Shown here one piece after another: positions 1-13,249 of a DNA stretch of 64,000 nt. Within the stretch, counting starts at the first letter, position 1; every line of letters begins with the position of its first letter. Source of the stretch: Vicugna vicugna (taxonomy: Eukaryota); contig MU058636.1 of NCBI GenBank assembly GCA_013265495.1, positions 7,022,295 to 7,086,294 on the forward strand, written 5' to 3'. The position numbers and the translations under genes were made by a program. The notes under the pieces are model-generated. The model was given only the letters and a program-made list of their open reading frames with translations. It did no database searches and had not been told where the DNA came from.

Positions 1-1089
1 ATGTCATCAGAGAAATAAATCTCCTCTAAGTATTTGAATTACATTTTACTTTGCATTTTTGGTAGATTAATCCTCCCTTTGAGTGGTAGGGGATGAGGCC
101 AAGGAGTTTATTAGAGCTAATATTAATTGATATATACACATTCTTGGAACATATGCTTCAAATTCTAATTTTGTATAAATATGCATTATCATTCAAATTT
201 AGATGGTTAGAAATACTCCAAAGAATTATTAAATTGTAGTAGTACAAATATATTCATTGATAATGATACCCCTTTCAAGTATTTTGCCTTTTTGCAACTT
301 GGAATAGTACAACTAGTCTTCTCTTTCTTCCCCAAGACATAAAATTATTTAAATACTTTGTGCTTGATATTTTTATTTGGCAATTACAATAGAAGTTTTA
401 ATGTTATGCATGCTTACAGGCCTATTAAGAAACAAGTTATTGCTTTCTTAATAATCTTAAACCATTTTTAGGAAGTACACTCTTTTTATGGTTTGCAAAA
501 TAGCCCATGCATGCAGACTATACGTACGTACACACGAACACACACACCACTCCAGTGTTTCAAATAGTAAAAGGTTGAATTGGTCTCTGTACATTTTTTA
601 TGTTAACCTATTAAAAGGAAAACAGGCACTAAGTATAGGATTCTTGTCACCACGGAGGATTTAATATCACATCTGCAAGATTGTTCTGTAACAACCCTTA
701 CAGTTTTAAAAAATACCTTAAGAGGTTGCAGCTAAATGGATTTTTAAAATAATAACAACTGGAAGTTCCAATAGTATTTATCCAGTTATTATATTATTAT
801 CCCAGTTTAGGTAGTATATACTAGGGCAGTTGATTACTAGCCATTCTGTCCATATAAATAAAAATATATTACTCAGTCACTCACATACATCATGCGTGTG
901 TATATACATAAAAACACCTGCACTTACTTAAAACTATTTTCACTTTTTTGCAACAGACCAAGGTTAAGTTTTTTGCAACATGAACCTGTATTTGATAAGC
1001 ATATTGCATAACTCACTGGGGAGGGGAACGTGGGGGTTTTTTTGGTTAAGGAGGGTTTGGGGGGGCTTGTTGTTGTTTTTTTCCCTTTT

Positions 1090-2480
1090 TACTAGCAAAT
1101 TCAGTTCTTCATTTGTTTTGCTCTCCACGCTGCATTAGCACAGTTTTCCCCTGAGTGCATCTGCCAGTGTACAATTTAGCCACGGGCATCTGTAGACCTT
1201 GTGGTGATCAGTATTGCAGGCAAAAGCCATATGTGTTTAAATAAAAAAAAAATCTCTTTATTTCATTTGCTGTTTTAACTGGATGGATAACTTTTGTGCC
1301 TCAAGACAGAAGAAGAAAAAATACAGAAATAATTAATTGCCTCTATTCTTGAGGCAGTTTCATTTCCCCCTCCAATATGGAATGCTTGTCAGCTTTCCTG
1401 ATAAATGACTGCATGTATTTGCATAGATTTTACATTAACACAAAAATTAGTTTTATTTGTGGAAAACTAGTTTACATAATAATATAAAACCTAGTGTTAT
1501 TGATTATGTTTCCAAGCATTGATGATTTTTTTAAAGGGATCTTAGTCTTCTTATTTTTCAAAGGTCTGCTCAACCTATTTCTTAATTTGAACTTTTTTTT
1601 GCTTTATATACTTTTGCATTATACAAGACAAACATATTTATAAAATGTTAAAATTTGAAAAATTATTTTCTAGCTATATTAACCACAACAGTTTCAGAAC
1701 CAGAGTTCGTAGCACTCATTTGGTAAATTGATTCTGATTTTAAACTTTAGCCGAGGAATATTTTTAAATACTTACTATCAACTGCATACGCCTCAAACGG
1801 TTGGAGGATTGCATCTGTGCAAATGATTTTAATTTTGATATTCATGTTATCCAAAGGATGGGTAGTCTATTGGGTGTGTGCAGTTGAGCTCACTCCTGAG
1901 ACATTATGCATTGTTTACAACCAATTTTAAAATTAATCTGAGAACGATTCTTTCTACCTTCAATCTGTTTCCTTAAACATACTTAATCAACTGATCACCC
2001 TAATTCAGCCTTGGGAAAAAAAAACACTGTTGGAGCAATTTGAGTGCTGAAAACAATTCTCCTTCTCTAAGTAGCAGGCAGTAGATGTTTATTCATCTTG
2101 TAATCTGGCATCTTGTTGTCTAGAGGCAACCCGCTAATTACGTGCTATCTTGTATTATCCATGTTACGGAAAATTCAAATATGTTCACTGCTGTTAGTTA
2201 TATCACAGAGCTTTTCATAAAGTGTACTTGATCCTCGAGAAACCTACTAGACTTAACGGCAGCCTAAACCAAGAGTGTCTCTGCCACTCCTTGATTCTGG
2301 GACACCCTGGGTGCCAGCTGTCACAGCTCAGCTAATGATGACAAATGCCCCTCTCTATGCAGATTGCCGAGTTTGCAGGCTGCCGTGAAAGGCAACCAGA
2401 TTACCTTTCTTCAGATAGTAACTTAACCTTTTAAACTCATGTCAGAATGAAATTATCAGCTGTGATAGTTTCAATATCTG
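1090..2480. promoter_or_regulatory. Putative conserved non-coding (enhancer-like) block
   Basis: No recognisable repeat in 1-3080. Many TAAT/TAATTA cores and CAGCTGTCA / TGATGACAAATG motifs (2315-2347). Conservation is inferred from context, not measured. Confidence 0.4.
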
Positions 2481-3079
2481 TATCTTTAAAAACAAGAAAT
2501 CAGAACAATATCAAATTACACTGACTCACTTTTGAAAAAATGTTCCAACTTTTGTATAATTTATACTACTTTACCCTTGAATGCTGTGAGTCTTAAATAA
2601 GAAAGTCTAGATACTCTAGAGCGTGTATTTGAACCCTGCCTTCAACTCAGGTAGTGTGATCCCTGAGAAAATCATCCAGAATATTTAGGCCAGAAAATAG
2701 GCTGGTGAAATTTTTAGGGCAAATGTAATTTTTTTTTCTTCTCTTCACCTGTATGGTGAAAGCCTTTATTCTCTCACTGTGTGTATGGGCCTGGCCTGTT
2801 CCAAATAAATGGTTATATTATTTCTTTAAAATTCTATGGATTATTCCAAAGTGACTTAGATAATAATTGTTACTGATGATTGTTTTCTGTACTTTCAAAC
2901 TTGAGCTTTTAAGTTGTTGATTTGCGCTATAAAAATGTATTATATTATGATCCATATACTTTACCCACCCAGATTATTCAGAACAATAATAAGCACCATT
3001 AACCATAATGTAATTCAGGGGAATAAGTTGGCTATTAAATGAGATAGTACTTTACAATTGCAACAGTCTTTTCTATTTT

Positions 3080-3200
3080 CAATCTTTGCAACAAATATTA
3101 AGTCCCATTTACAAATAAAGCGACTAAGATTTAGAAAGCTTAAGTGTCTTACCAAGGGTCACATAAGTCATTACAGAACTAAGTCTGTCTGACTGCAGCT
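3080..3200 (-). mobile_element. MIR SINE fragment
   Basis: cccattttacaaataaagcgactaagatttagaaagcttaagtgtcttaccaagggtcacat resembles the MIR core in reverse. Confidence 0.75.
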
Positions 3201-4159
3201 GCTCTCAGCACCACAGTGTGTATACTGTGCATCGTGGAGCTACATATACATGTTAAGTGTGTGTGCCTGAACGCCCGCATGCGTGTCCTGTCTGCACCCA
3301 GATATAGTTTTAGCGACAGCTACTAGGATATAAGAGTTATTCTGAAAAGAAACTACAGGCTTACGTTTACATTAAAAATACAGTTGATGAGTTTTAAAGA
3401 TTGCATTCTTTATTGGAGGCTTTTAATTAAGTAAATATTGAGACACTTTTTATGCTATGAATTTTTATTTTATGATAATATATCCATCTGCCTCATAGGG
3501 ACAAACTTAGGAGATGTATATACTACTTAATGAATATCAAATTGGACTAATTCACCAAAAGTATCACTTCATTGTAAAACCTAAGATTAAAAGGATATAC
3601 CTTTAGACAAGTGAGAAATAATTACTAATACATTTAAATACAGTATCTGTATACTTTTTTATACATATAGTTTTATTCTGTGACATCAATGAGTTATACA
3701 AGCCACAGTATTGTACATCTTTCAGTTCAAGACACATTGAAAACTCCCTTTTATCGAGAATTTAAATGCAATCATTTCCAAGAAAGCTATTTGAACACCA
3801 ACTGTTTTTATTCCTCACTAAACTTTTCTTGGTACAGATACTACAGTATCAGGATTTTTATCAGTGATATATCTGATTATGTTATAAATGCTCTATCCTC
3901 ATGTATTTTAATTATAGAATTACTTATAATTACTAGTCACTACTAATGCCTAATAAGTTGTAAGTATTCCACTGTATATAAAAATTATATAGAATTTACA
4001 GTGAGTGTTTTATTAAAACGTACCCTGCAATTAGTGCTGGAAGGAGGAAAGGAATCCTGCCTCATAAGTAGACATTTTTTATCAGGGCAGGAGAGAACTT
4101 TCAAGGAGAATAATTATATTATGCAACCCTCCTCGTTAACTGTCTGAAGCTTCTCTACA

Positions 4160-4560
4160 GCATTCCTAAGGAGTGGTCATCCAGCCTCCAGTTTTATCCC
4201 CTTGATGAGGAGTTCATTACCTACTCAGACGGATACTTGCACTTACAGACAGTTCTAATTGTTAGAAAGCTTTTCTAATATTGAACCCAAAATCTCTCTT
4301 CTTGGCACTTTTACCTTTTGGTGCCTTCTTTATAGTCTTGTCCCTTTAACAAAAATAAGCCCTTAAATTAGCATTTACAATGTCAAGTTGAATACACTCG
4401 GGCCTTAGCCATCACACCTGTAGCATATTTTGTGTCAACTCATCATTCAGGATCCACTCTCGTACATCGTTTTCTTGAAGTATGGTGCCTAGAATTCATT
4501 ACTCCCATAGTGGACTGGGGGAGGTAGAGTAGAGAGAGACCCCTATTAAGTGAAACATGA
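4160..4560 (-). mobile_element. L3/CR1 LINE fragment
   Basis: gtggtcatccagcctcc...acagttctaattgttagaaagcttttctaatattgaacccaaaatct is typical of the L3 3' region in reverse. Confidence 0.7.
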
Positions 4561-7527
4561 CCACATTCCCTTTTTGGGGGGAAGCTCTGTAGCTCTGTTT
4601 ACAGATGCAGAGCTGTGTGTCAACAACCGTCTCATTTGTGTAAACATATGTTACTGGGGTCCTAAGTAAATGACTTTTTTCTTATTTTCCCAGCTCATTT
4701 TATCTTACTATTTTTAGCTATTTTTCCATGGTTTGACTTGTAAGTTATGTGTTGTTCTTTTGAATAAGCATTAATGAGCATAATAGTTCTTTCTTAAAAT
4801 TTGTCATAGGCTACATGCAGAACATTCATAGCAAAACAGAATTTAACTACAGTGAATTTACTGGTTTTGCTCAGCCGAGGTATACTAAGAGGCTTACTAC
4901 TTAATAAGGTCTGTAGCAGATTAATAGATTAAATACTCACAGCCTTTATATAGTTTTTTGCCAAACACCTGAAATTCTAATACTAGTTTTCATGGCCTTA
5001 TCAAAATACATAGCTAAGCCTCATTTGGTATGAAGTGCACACTTTGTATATTTTGACATATTCATCAATTTTGCTCTGTGATCAGATTTTTTGTCTACAA
5101 ATGAAATCTGCAAATTTCCCATATGCTTAAACAATGCACAGAAAAACTAGTGAACTTTAAATGTAAATTAATATGTTCATAGAGTCTTACAATATTGTTG
5201 GAATAATGTTCATAATTATCCATTAATATATTTACCTTTTGATGATAGCAATAATTTCTAAATAATTTACCATAAGCTGAGGAAAATGCTTTTTAAAAGT
5301 GAAGTATTTAACAAGTCGAACTCAATGTGAAAACTTAAGCTAAAGTAGTCTCACCAGTCAGAAACCATTCTTCAAAAGCAGTGCCAGTAACTGAATGTAC
5401 AGTAAGCCGCAGTGAATTGGTGAATATCATACCGAGTAAAGAAGCCTCCATTAAATAGTGAATACATTGCTGGAAAACCATATTCAGAAGATTAAGTTGT
5501 AAAAGGCAACCAATATTAAGAAATTTTTTAAGTAAGTAATTGATAGAATACAAAATATCTTTCTTTTATTTATTTCACTATGGGTTGTTAAAAAAATCTA
5601 TTAACTTTTTGGGTGAGCGTGTTATTTTACAGCCTTAGATTTCTCTAAGTGTAGGCACATGATTTTGTTTACCAACTTTTTTTTCCCTAAATGAGGGTAT
5701 TTTAGTAATACCTTACTTACTATTGCTGTGACATCTAGGCAGTAAAACACAAAGACAGCCTGCCTGAGATTGAGCTCTCTTGCAGTTTGAGTCTTGAATG
5801 GAGAATAAGAAAGTCCAGTGCTTTTACAAAGGAAACATTCTCAAGTGCAGAGCTGCCCCATCTGTTTCATCTGGTGGCTTATGCAATAAGAGGTGTTATC
5901 ACATGAATCTAAATGCACGAGCAGTTGTTTTATGAACTCTTTCTGTGCTTTGAGGAGTTTATAAGTTGCCTGCTCTATTGTGTGTCAGTCCCAGCTGACC
6001 CAAGTGCATTCTGCCGAGCATATTTGGGGGATAATTAGAACTAATGAAGCCTGGAACACAGCTAATTCTCTAAATGATTTATTCTCATGCTTTTGTCTGA
6101 TTCCAAAAGATTCTCCAAATCATAATCTGTGCTGCTTATTTTTTTTCCTAGCATCATGTTGATGCAGCTACTCTATGTTTGTTTGATGGGCATTAAATAA
6201 ATCAGGTATTTGAAATGCTGAGAAACATATTTCATAGTAAATGTTTATATTATTTGTTAGTCACCAGCATTGAATGGAATCCCTTTTCTTGGCCATTTTT
6301 TGTTTTTGCTTTTATCTCAGACTTTTTGTGGTGTCTGTAGGTAAATAATAGGAGAGAAAACATCAAGAGATAAGAGCCTCTTAAAAAAATGTACCACTGG
6401 GGAATAAAACCCACCCAGAAAATAATGGAAAATCAGTAATGGAAGATTCCAGTGTCTGGATTAGATTTCCTAAGGAAATCGGAAGATTTTTTTAAAATCC
6501 TTATGAATAGCCTTCAAGTTTCAAAACTGTTTCATTGCTATGGCTTCACTGTACCGCATTGTTGAGAATGACATTTCTCCACATGCCCTCACCAAGTAGT
6601 CAGTGATTCAGTGGCCTGTAACACTTTAAATCCCATCAACTTGCTTTCCTTTCCTGTTATAACTGTTTCAATGAGTGGCACTTTTGTTGTGCAGGTTAAG
6701 ATCTGGTAGCTTACCGAGGGCACACTAGAATGAGGACAGACACAGTTGCCAACACAAGAAGGCTACAGCTTTATTAAAGCCTCACACTCAGTAAATGCAA
6801 TACCCAAGTCTCTTCAGGTAGGTAGTTCGTGTAGCCTATATTCTGTTCATTCTCTCGTTTTCTAGAAACTGTAGCAGAATTTGTTTTTAAGAATTTTTAC
6901 TTGTATCTATTGATCTTTAATATTCAACATACTCTAGAGCCCAGATAATAAATACCTTAAGGGCAAGTACCACTTGATTAGATGTACCGAAATACCTCAA
7001 ATACCAACCAACTCTGCTGCCTAAGTGCTACCCTAGGAACCAGTTGGAGATTCCCTGCAACTCATTACAAGATATTTAATGCTGCCTTTTGTAAATTCTA
7101 GTCTTCACTGTGTGCCTTGACCTTAGGCATTATTAGTCTTCCTTATCGCTAACCATCTGCCTGGAAGCCAGCTGAACATTCAAACAGCATGTTCTGGAAC
7201 CTTGAAGGGAAAAGTTGCAGTTCATTGTTATTGCTTGGGCTTCAAGAACATCTTTTTTTTTTTTTTTAATTGTTTACATCTGTAAGAGAGACAGAAAATG
7301 AGTTGATAAAGCTAGTTAATATTGAGTTCCCATCATACACTAGGACTGTGCTGGGTCCGCGATCTGTGGTGCTGCACCTTCATCCTCTCCGCGGCATCAG
7401 GGGTGGCTGCTGCTGCTATCGTTTCATTGCTAGGAAACGGAGACACACAGAAGTCAAATCACTCCTCCAAGTTTACAGAGCTAGGAATTTGCAGAGCTGA
7501 GGTTTTTCAGCCAGCCCTTCAGAATAC

Positions 7528-7665
7528 AGACTCTGGAGCCCGCTTTCTTAGTCTCACATTAAACTTATCCTCAGTTTGCTTTCTCCTTTGTAAAACAGGG
7601 ATAATAGTATCTACATCGTAGGTTTGGTGCACAGATTAAACAAATTAATACATGTAAAAAACTTA
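7528..7665 (+). mobile_element. MIR SINE (internally deleted)
   Basis: agactctggagcc...cctcagtttgctttctcctttgtaaaacagggataatagtatctac...gattaaacaaattaatacatgtaaa. Confidence 0.75.
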
Positions 7666-7934
7666 CGGTAGTTTTACCTCGTATTACCCAAGTCCGTACG
7701 GGAACTGAAGAGCTAGGTTTCAAGCTCAGCTCTTTTTGCCTCTAGACCCTTGAGCTAGCATAGTACTTAGGTGAATATTTGTTGAATAAATAATTAAATG
7801 AGTATCATCTGTCCAGTACTTCCCAATGGCAGAATGTGTTAATTTTGCTGGTGGTTTTGAGAGCATACAGCAGATACTCAATGGTGGCTGAATGAGTGGA
7901 TGATTACTCATGCTGTGCTCCCCTGGAACATACA

Positions 7935-9021
7935 CTGATGATTCCCAAATGTAGAGCTTCAGCCCAGACCTCTCCCCTCAACGCCAAACTCATTCATTGG
8001 GCTGTCTCCTCCACATCTTCTTACATAAGCAGGATGCATGTCAAATGTAACATATCCAAACTGAGCCCCTGCTCGTCAACCCCATCCCGCCCCTCCTGCC
8101 ATCATCTATACCCCAGTAAATGGCAACTCCTTTTTCCCAGTTGCTGAGGCCAACAACTTGGCTGCCATCCTTGCCTCCTCTTTGTTTTGTGCCCCACAGC
8201 CAGCGACATCAGCAAATCCTCCAGAATCAGATCCTTCAGAATCAAATCCTCCAGAATCTGACCACCTCTTACCAACTTTATAGCTTCAGTCTTACTGAAG
8301 TTACATCATCGCTTCTGTGTACTGTTAGCTATCCGACAAGTGTCCTGGTTTCCTTCCTTGTCCCATTCCTCTTGTTCCCTTACACTCTTTCCTCGACGTG
8401 GCAGCCAGAAAGATCCATGAAAAATAAAAGGAAGTCAGATCAGTTAGTTTTTTGCTGTTGTTGCGGGGGAGCACTGCCCTAAACATCAAGTTTATTGGAT
8501 TGTCTCAGGTGGCACCCTTAAGTTCACAATTCCCATTATCAGCGTAAAAGTCTAAATCATTAAAATGACTTATTGGCTCTACAGTCAGCACTTCCCACCC
8601 TACTGCTCCGCGCTCACCTTTCTGACTTCATTGCCTGCTGATGTCATCATCGCAGTGTCTTCACCAGGCGCACTGGCACCCACTCACGTTAGGGCCCCTG
8701 TGTGTGCTGGCTCCTCTGCGTGGAACTCTGCTCCCAGGATCTACATGACTTTTTCCCTTGTGCTCCCCAGGTGATTAACTTACCTAAAGTGCAGCACCCC
8801 ACCTGCACTCCTTGTGTTCCCCTCTCTGTCTTCTTTTCTTCTACCACATATCACTGTGTTACATATGTTTTTACTTGTTTATCATGATTGATGTCTCTCT
8901 CCCACAATTTAAATCTGAACTCTTAATGAGGGCAGGGATTTGGTCTCTTCATTGCTACTATACCCAATCTAAAACAGTGCCCGGCTTAAAATGAGTGCTC
9001 AGTAAATACCTGTTTAAATGA
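7935..9021 (+). mobile_element. L2 LINE 3' portion (L2a-like)
   Basis: Begins ctgatgattcccaaat...cagcccagacctctcc and ends with the L2 tail gagggcagggatttggtct...cagtgcccggc...gtgctcagtaaatacctgtttaaatgaa. Confidence 0.85.
8213..8257 (+). repeat. 15-bp tandem triplication CA(A/G)ATCCT(C/T)CAGAAT x3 inside L2
   Basis: Units at 8213, 8228 and 8243 read directly. Confidence 0.9.
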
Positions 9022-9569
9022 AGGAAGGGAGGAAGGAAAGAAGAGATGGATAGAGGGAAGAAACTAGAAAGAAGGAAAGAATCAAAGGAGACAATCATTT
9101 AATTCTGATGACTATTATGTTTGTAATAATGCTATGGAAACAGTACTTAAAAGTTCCATAACCTCTTAATTCACAAATCATATTGGCTTCTTGACATTCC
9201 TGAATTTCTTTCCTGCCTTATATTTCCACAAGTGGTGGTCTTGAACCTTCTTTTGTCATTAAAAAAAAAAAAGAGTCTTTCCTGAAGACACTCATTCCTC
9301 AAAACAATTCAGGTGAATTGTTCAAGTGTCTTCATTCAGGAGAATTTAAAGAGATTTGAAATAAATATCTTAACAATTCATGAATTATGATATCTCAAGT
9401 ATAAATATATGTGTAAGCAATAATTTGAAAATCATACAGTTATAATCATTGGGCTGCTGAATGCACAGGAGAAAAATGCAGTTGTAATGCTTTCTAAACA
9501 TTACATCAGGAATGTGGAAAACATTCCTTTAAAATTCCTTGCAGAGGGCTCAGGCAAAGAACTTCTTAC

Positions 9570-11400
9570 ATCATTCAACTATCAGGTATTTATTGAGTAT
9601 CTCTTGAGCTCTCTACTATGCCCTGGAGATACCTTCCCTGCCTTCATGGAGCTTTCAGGCTAGTAGGAGATTATAATCAACTGAGCACACAATTACAGTT
9701 CTGGGGGCTAAGTACTAAGTGATTTACTAGGGATCATAAAAGGAGGGGCATGTAAATGCAATCCAAGAAGTCTTTCTGATTGAAAAACTGAAGGTTGAAT
9801 ATATTGGTCCTGTCACCAAACATTTATTTAGCATTTTTTCTCTTTCTATCCAGTTCTCAAGCATTGTGTTAACTAATACAGTGGATATCTAGCTCATACT
9901 TCGACTGTGGAAACCATTTATATGAGAAAGGTAGAGAAATCATAAAAAGAGTATTTGGGTACACGTGAGATGATTCTCAAGTTTCTACCTTGAGTGACTG
10001 GTGTACAGAAGCCCTACCAATTGAGATACAGAAATATTGGAGCAAGAACAGGTTTTCTGGAAAGATGATGAGTTTAGGTTTAACCACAGAAATCTGGGTT
10101 ACCCAGGTGGAAGAGTAAAGAAGCCAGTTCATACATATGTAGAGAGAGAGACATAGAAGCTTTCTCTAAAGCTTAAAAGAAAGATCTAGGACTCATCATA
10201 TTTCTTATAGTTAGAAGCATGAGCACTTGAAAGATGCCAGGAGATAGTACAGAATGAGAACATGTGCAATGACATTATTCTCAGGATCACCAACCGGTGA
10301 AGATGACCCAGGAGAGATGAATGAGAAGTGATGTTCAGAGAAGGAAGAAGGAAAACAAAAAGATAAGACTGTCCTAAAAGCCAAAAACAAGAGAGTTTAA
10401 ATAAAAAGGTAGTGGACAACAGTTTAGCTACCACATGGAGGTCACATAAAATGAAAAGTTTCTTGTCTCTTCACATCAGTTTCAGTGGAGTTGTAGAGAC
10501 AGGCAGATTACAGTCGGGTTGAAGAGTAAGTGGGAAGAAGTGAAGTGTAAAATACACTTTCAAGAAAATTAGATAAAAATGAAATATAAGAGATATGGTG
10601 GCAATTATGGAGTGCTGCAGGATAAAGTTTAAGAGAGATTTGCACATATTAAGACTTAGAGGAGAAGTAGAAGAGAGGTTAAAATTGAAGAAGGAGGGGG
10701 ATAACTCACGGAGGCCCAGCTCCAACACTAACAGCAGGAAATGGGATCATTCTCTTGAAGCTGCAATTGAGAGATGGCTCAGTTTTCCTTGAAGGTAAAC
10801 TCTGCACAGTTATTAATATTGCATTGCATTTTCTATATTCCATATATAATAATGATGATGGAGAATGAGGGTGTTGGTTTGAGATGGACAGATAAGGTCT
10901 AGAAATATATGAGGACGAAGCTGTTGCATTGTGGAGGGTAATTGTGAAGAGAGAGAAGTTTATAGCTGGTGGCTTAAACAGTTGATGGAGTAAATAAATT
11001 AGGCTTCAGTTTTCCCTGGGCAGTAGAGAGCACTGGGACTTAGGTAGGGGTTGAGGAGGAATTAGAATATTTATATCATCACTGAAGGGAATGGTGGTAA
11101 TACATTGATCCAACAAGTGAAAAATTGAAGAGGAACATTCAAGGTCCACCATGGTAGAAACCATGAATTTGTAATGATATCAGTTTACATAGAGTCAAAA
11201 TCATCCATAGCACTCAGCCATCCAGATGTGGAAGAGGGGAGAAACTAAATTAGAGAATATATTGGGATGAGGATTTGCGGAGAGCTAATGGGTGAAGGAT
11301 ATGCATGTGAAACAATCAAAGGTACTTACTCAATTAGACTGATAGACTACTGGTTCTCAACTGGAGGGGAAAATGAGTAGTCAGATTGATAAAGTGGTAG
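9570..11400 (-). mobile_element. Degraded L2 LINE (several fragments, possibly extending to ~11950)
   Basis: gtatttattgagtatct...ccctgccttcatggagctttc; gatgattctcaagtttctaccttgagtgactgg; gatgatgagtttaggttt; purine-rich L2 reverse strand. Confidence 0.65.
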
Positions 11401-12299
11401 TAAATAGAATGATGAAGAAACTGGAAGTCGGGTGGGTTTAACATATGGAAATACAGGACTCTCACTTAGCTTAGGAGAAGGTTCTTCTTTCCAGCTCCAC
11501 CCAAAGTCTCAGCTTATGAAAATACAGCACTTCCAATTAAACTTATATTTCAGGTAAACATTTCATTATCTGTCTAAGCAAACTTCCTGTACTTGATCTG
11601 GCAACCCTAGATGAGTATGAGCAGTAGATGAAGATTCCCCAGTAGAAGACTTAATGAGATAGTTTAAAGGTAGGAGGCCAAGTAGGTCATGGAACAGAAT
11701 ATGACCATAGATAGATAGATAGAGACTGTTGGAATTCAGAGAAATCAAGGAATTTCAAGATTAAACTCGGAATGTATTGAATATTGAGTATATGGAATCT
11801 TGAATTCTTTAAAAGTGATGAAAAGTTTTTGGATGAATTTCTTTGGGAAAGAAAACACACAAGGAATAAAATGAGTGAATAGCAAGAAAAACAGGCTATA
11901 GAGAAGGAGATAAATGAGCCCAAGAAGAGTGGCAGGAATATTGGAAGCCAAAGTCAACTTCACAAAATCATTTCTGGTTTGATGCTATGAATACTTTTAA
12001 GATATTTAATAAAAAAAGTTTTATCAACAGCTGATGATACTGGAGTTTATTTAAATGTATTCCCATAGCCAGGGCAATCATAGCTTTTAAAAGACCCTGA
12101 TATATATGAAAGTCTATTTAGGGGGTCAACCCAAGTCTTAATCCACTAGTCATATCTGTTTCCAGTACTACCAAAGTGTCTCTCAGGATATTTTTATAGG
12201 AGTCAATCATATCTTGCTCATTTTAGGTTTGTAAAACTGCCCCCAGATACTTTTTCCTTTAAGTCTTTGGTTATCACATAATGTCGTTTAATTTCACAG

Positions 12300-12452
12300 T
12301 AGAGTGACTAGGAATAAGAACACTTGGGTTCTAGGGCTTGGTCTTTTTCAGATGAACTATCTGACCTTTATTAATGGGTTTAGTTAACTCTCTGTCCAAT
12401 TTCCTACCCTGTATAATGAGAGCATTGGAATAGATGATTTCTAAAGCCTCTT
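12300..12452 (+). mobile_element. MIR3-like SINE
   Basis: cttgggttctagg...tttcctaccctgtataatgagagcattggaatagatgatttctaaag. Confidence 0.65.
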
Positions 12453-12589
12453 ATACCCATTCACTTCCAAAGTCATTCAGTTCTCTATATTTTAACTAAT
12501 TTTGAAATCAGCACAAAACATCAGCAGATCTTTGAAGGTATACTCTATCATATATATTCCTGAAAAGTTAGCAGTAAATCGTATTTTTA

Positions 12590-12929
12590 GTATATTTTTA
12601 TTGAAGTATAGTCAGTTTACAGTGTTGTGTCAGTTTCTGGTATACAGCACAATACTTTAGTCATACGGGAACATGTATGTATTCATTTTTATATTCTTTT
12701 TCACTGTAAGTTACTGCCAGATATTGAATATAGATTCCTTTGCTAAACAGTATAAATTTGTTGTTTATCGGATTTTGTGAGAATCCTCCTGTATTTTGAA
12801 ATGAGAGACACTGCCAGAGTTCAGTAGATGTTCTGTGCGATTCGTTGAGTTTGTAGACATAATTCTTGGTGTATTTGTGGAAGAGGGCGAGCTGCGAGTC
12901 TCTCTGCTCCACCATCTTGGCTCAACCCC
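12590..12929 (-). mobile_element. Short non-autonomous L1 derivative: L1 5'-UTR start (~161 nt) fused to L1 3' end (~179 nt), flanked by 18-bp TSD
   Basis: Minus strand starts GGGGTTGAGCCAAGATGGTGGAG (L1 5' terminus with YY1-type motif) and ends TGTAAACTGACTATACTTCAATAAAAA (cetartiodactyl L1 3' end). TSD CAGTAAATC(GT/AC)ATTTTTA at 12572-12589 and 12930-12947. Confidence 0.85.
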
Positions 12930-13249
12930 CAGTAAATCACATTTTTATCATTTGAGTTATATTCAAATCTATTTGAGTTTATTCTTCAAGGACCCTTATA
13001 ATGATTCTTTTATAGAGAAATTGCTGTTCTATACTTTTATTTCTTTACAGTGTATAATTTTAAAATTAAACCTTTAGTTATTAAATATTTTATAAAACAG
13101 AATCCTATATATTTTCTTTATACTTTTAGGAAGGATGTAATGAATATGATTAAGAGTAAAACAAAACATGATAAGTAAGAAAATAGTAAGAAAGTGAATT
13201 AATCACTTTCAGTGAGTTCATGACTTCAGGATACTAGAAGAACTTAAGT

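Noticed and set aside
8120..8482. ORF with QILQN repeats
   Set aside because: It is the translation of a 15-bp triplication inside a decayed L2.
12661..12915. 84-aa ORF spanning the mini-L1 junction
   Set aside because: The ATG is part of the YY1-type motif and the sequence is UTR-derived; there is no evidence of coding function.
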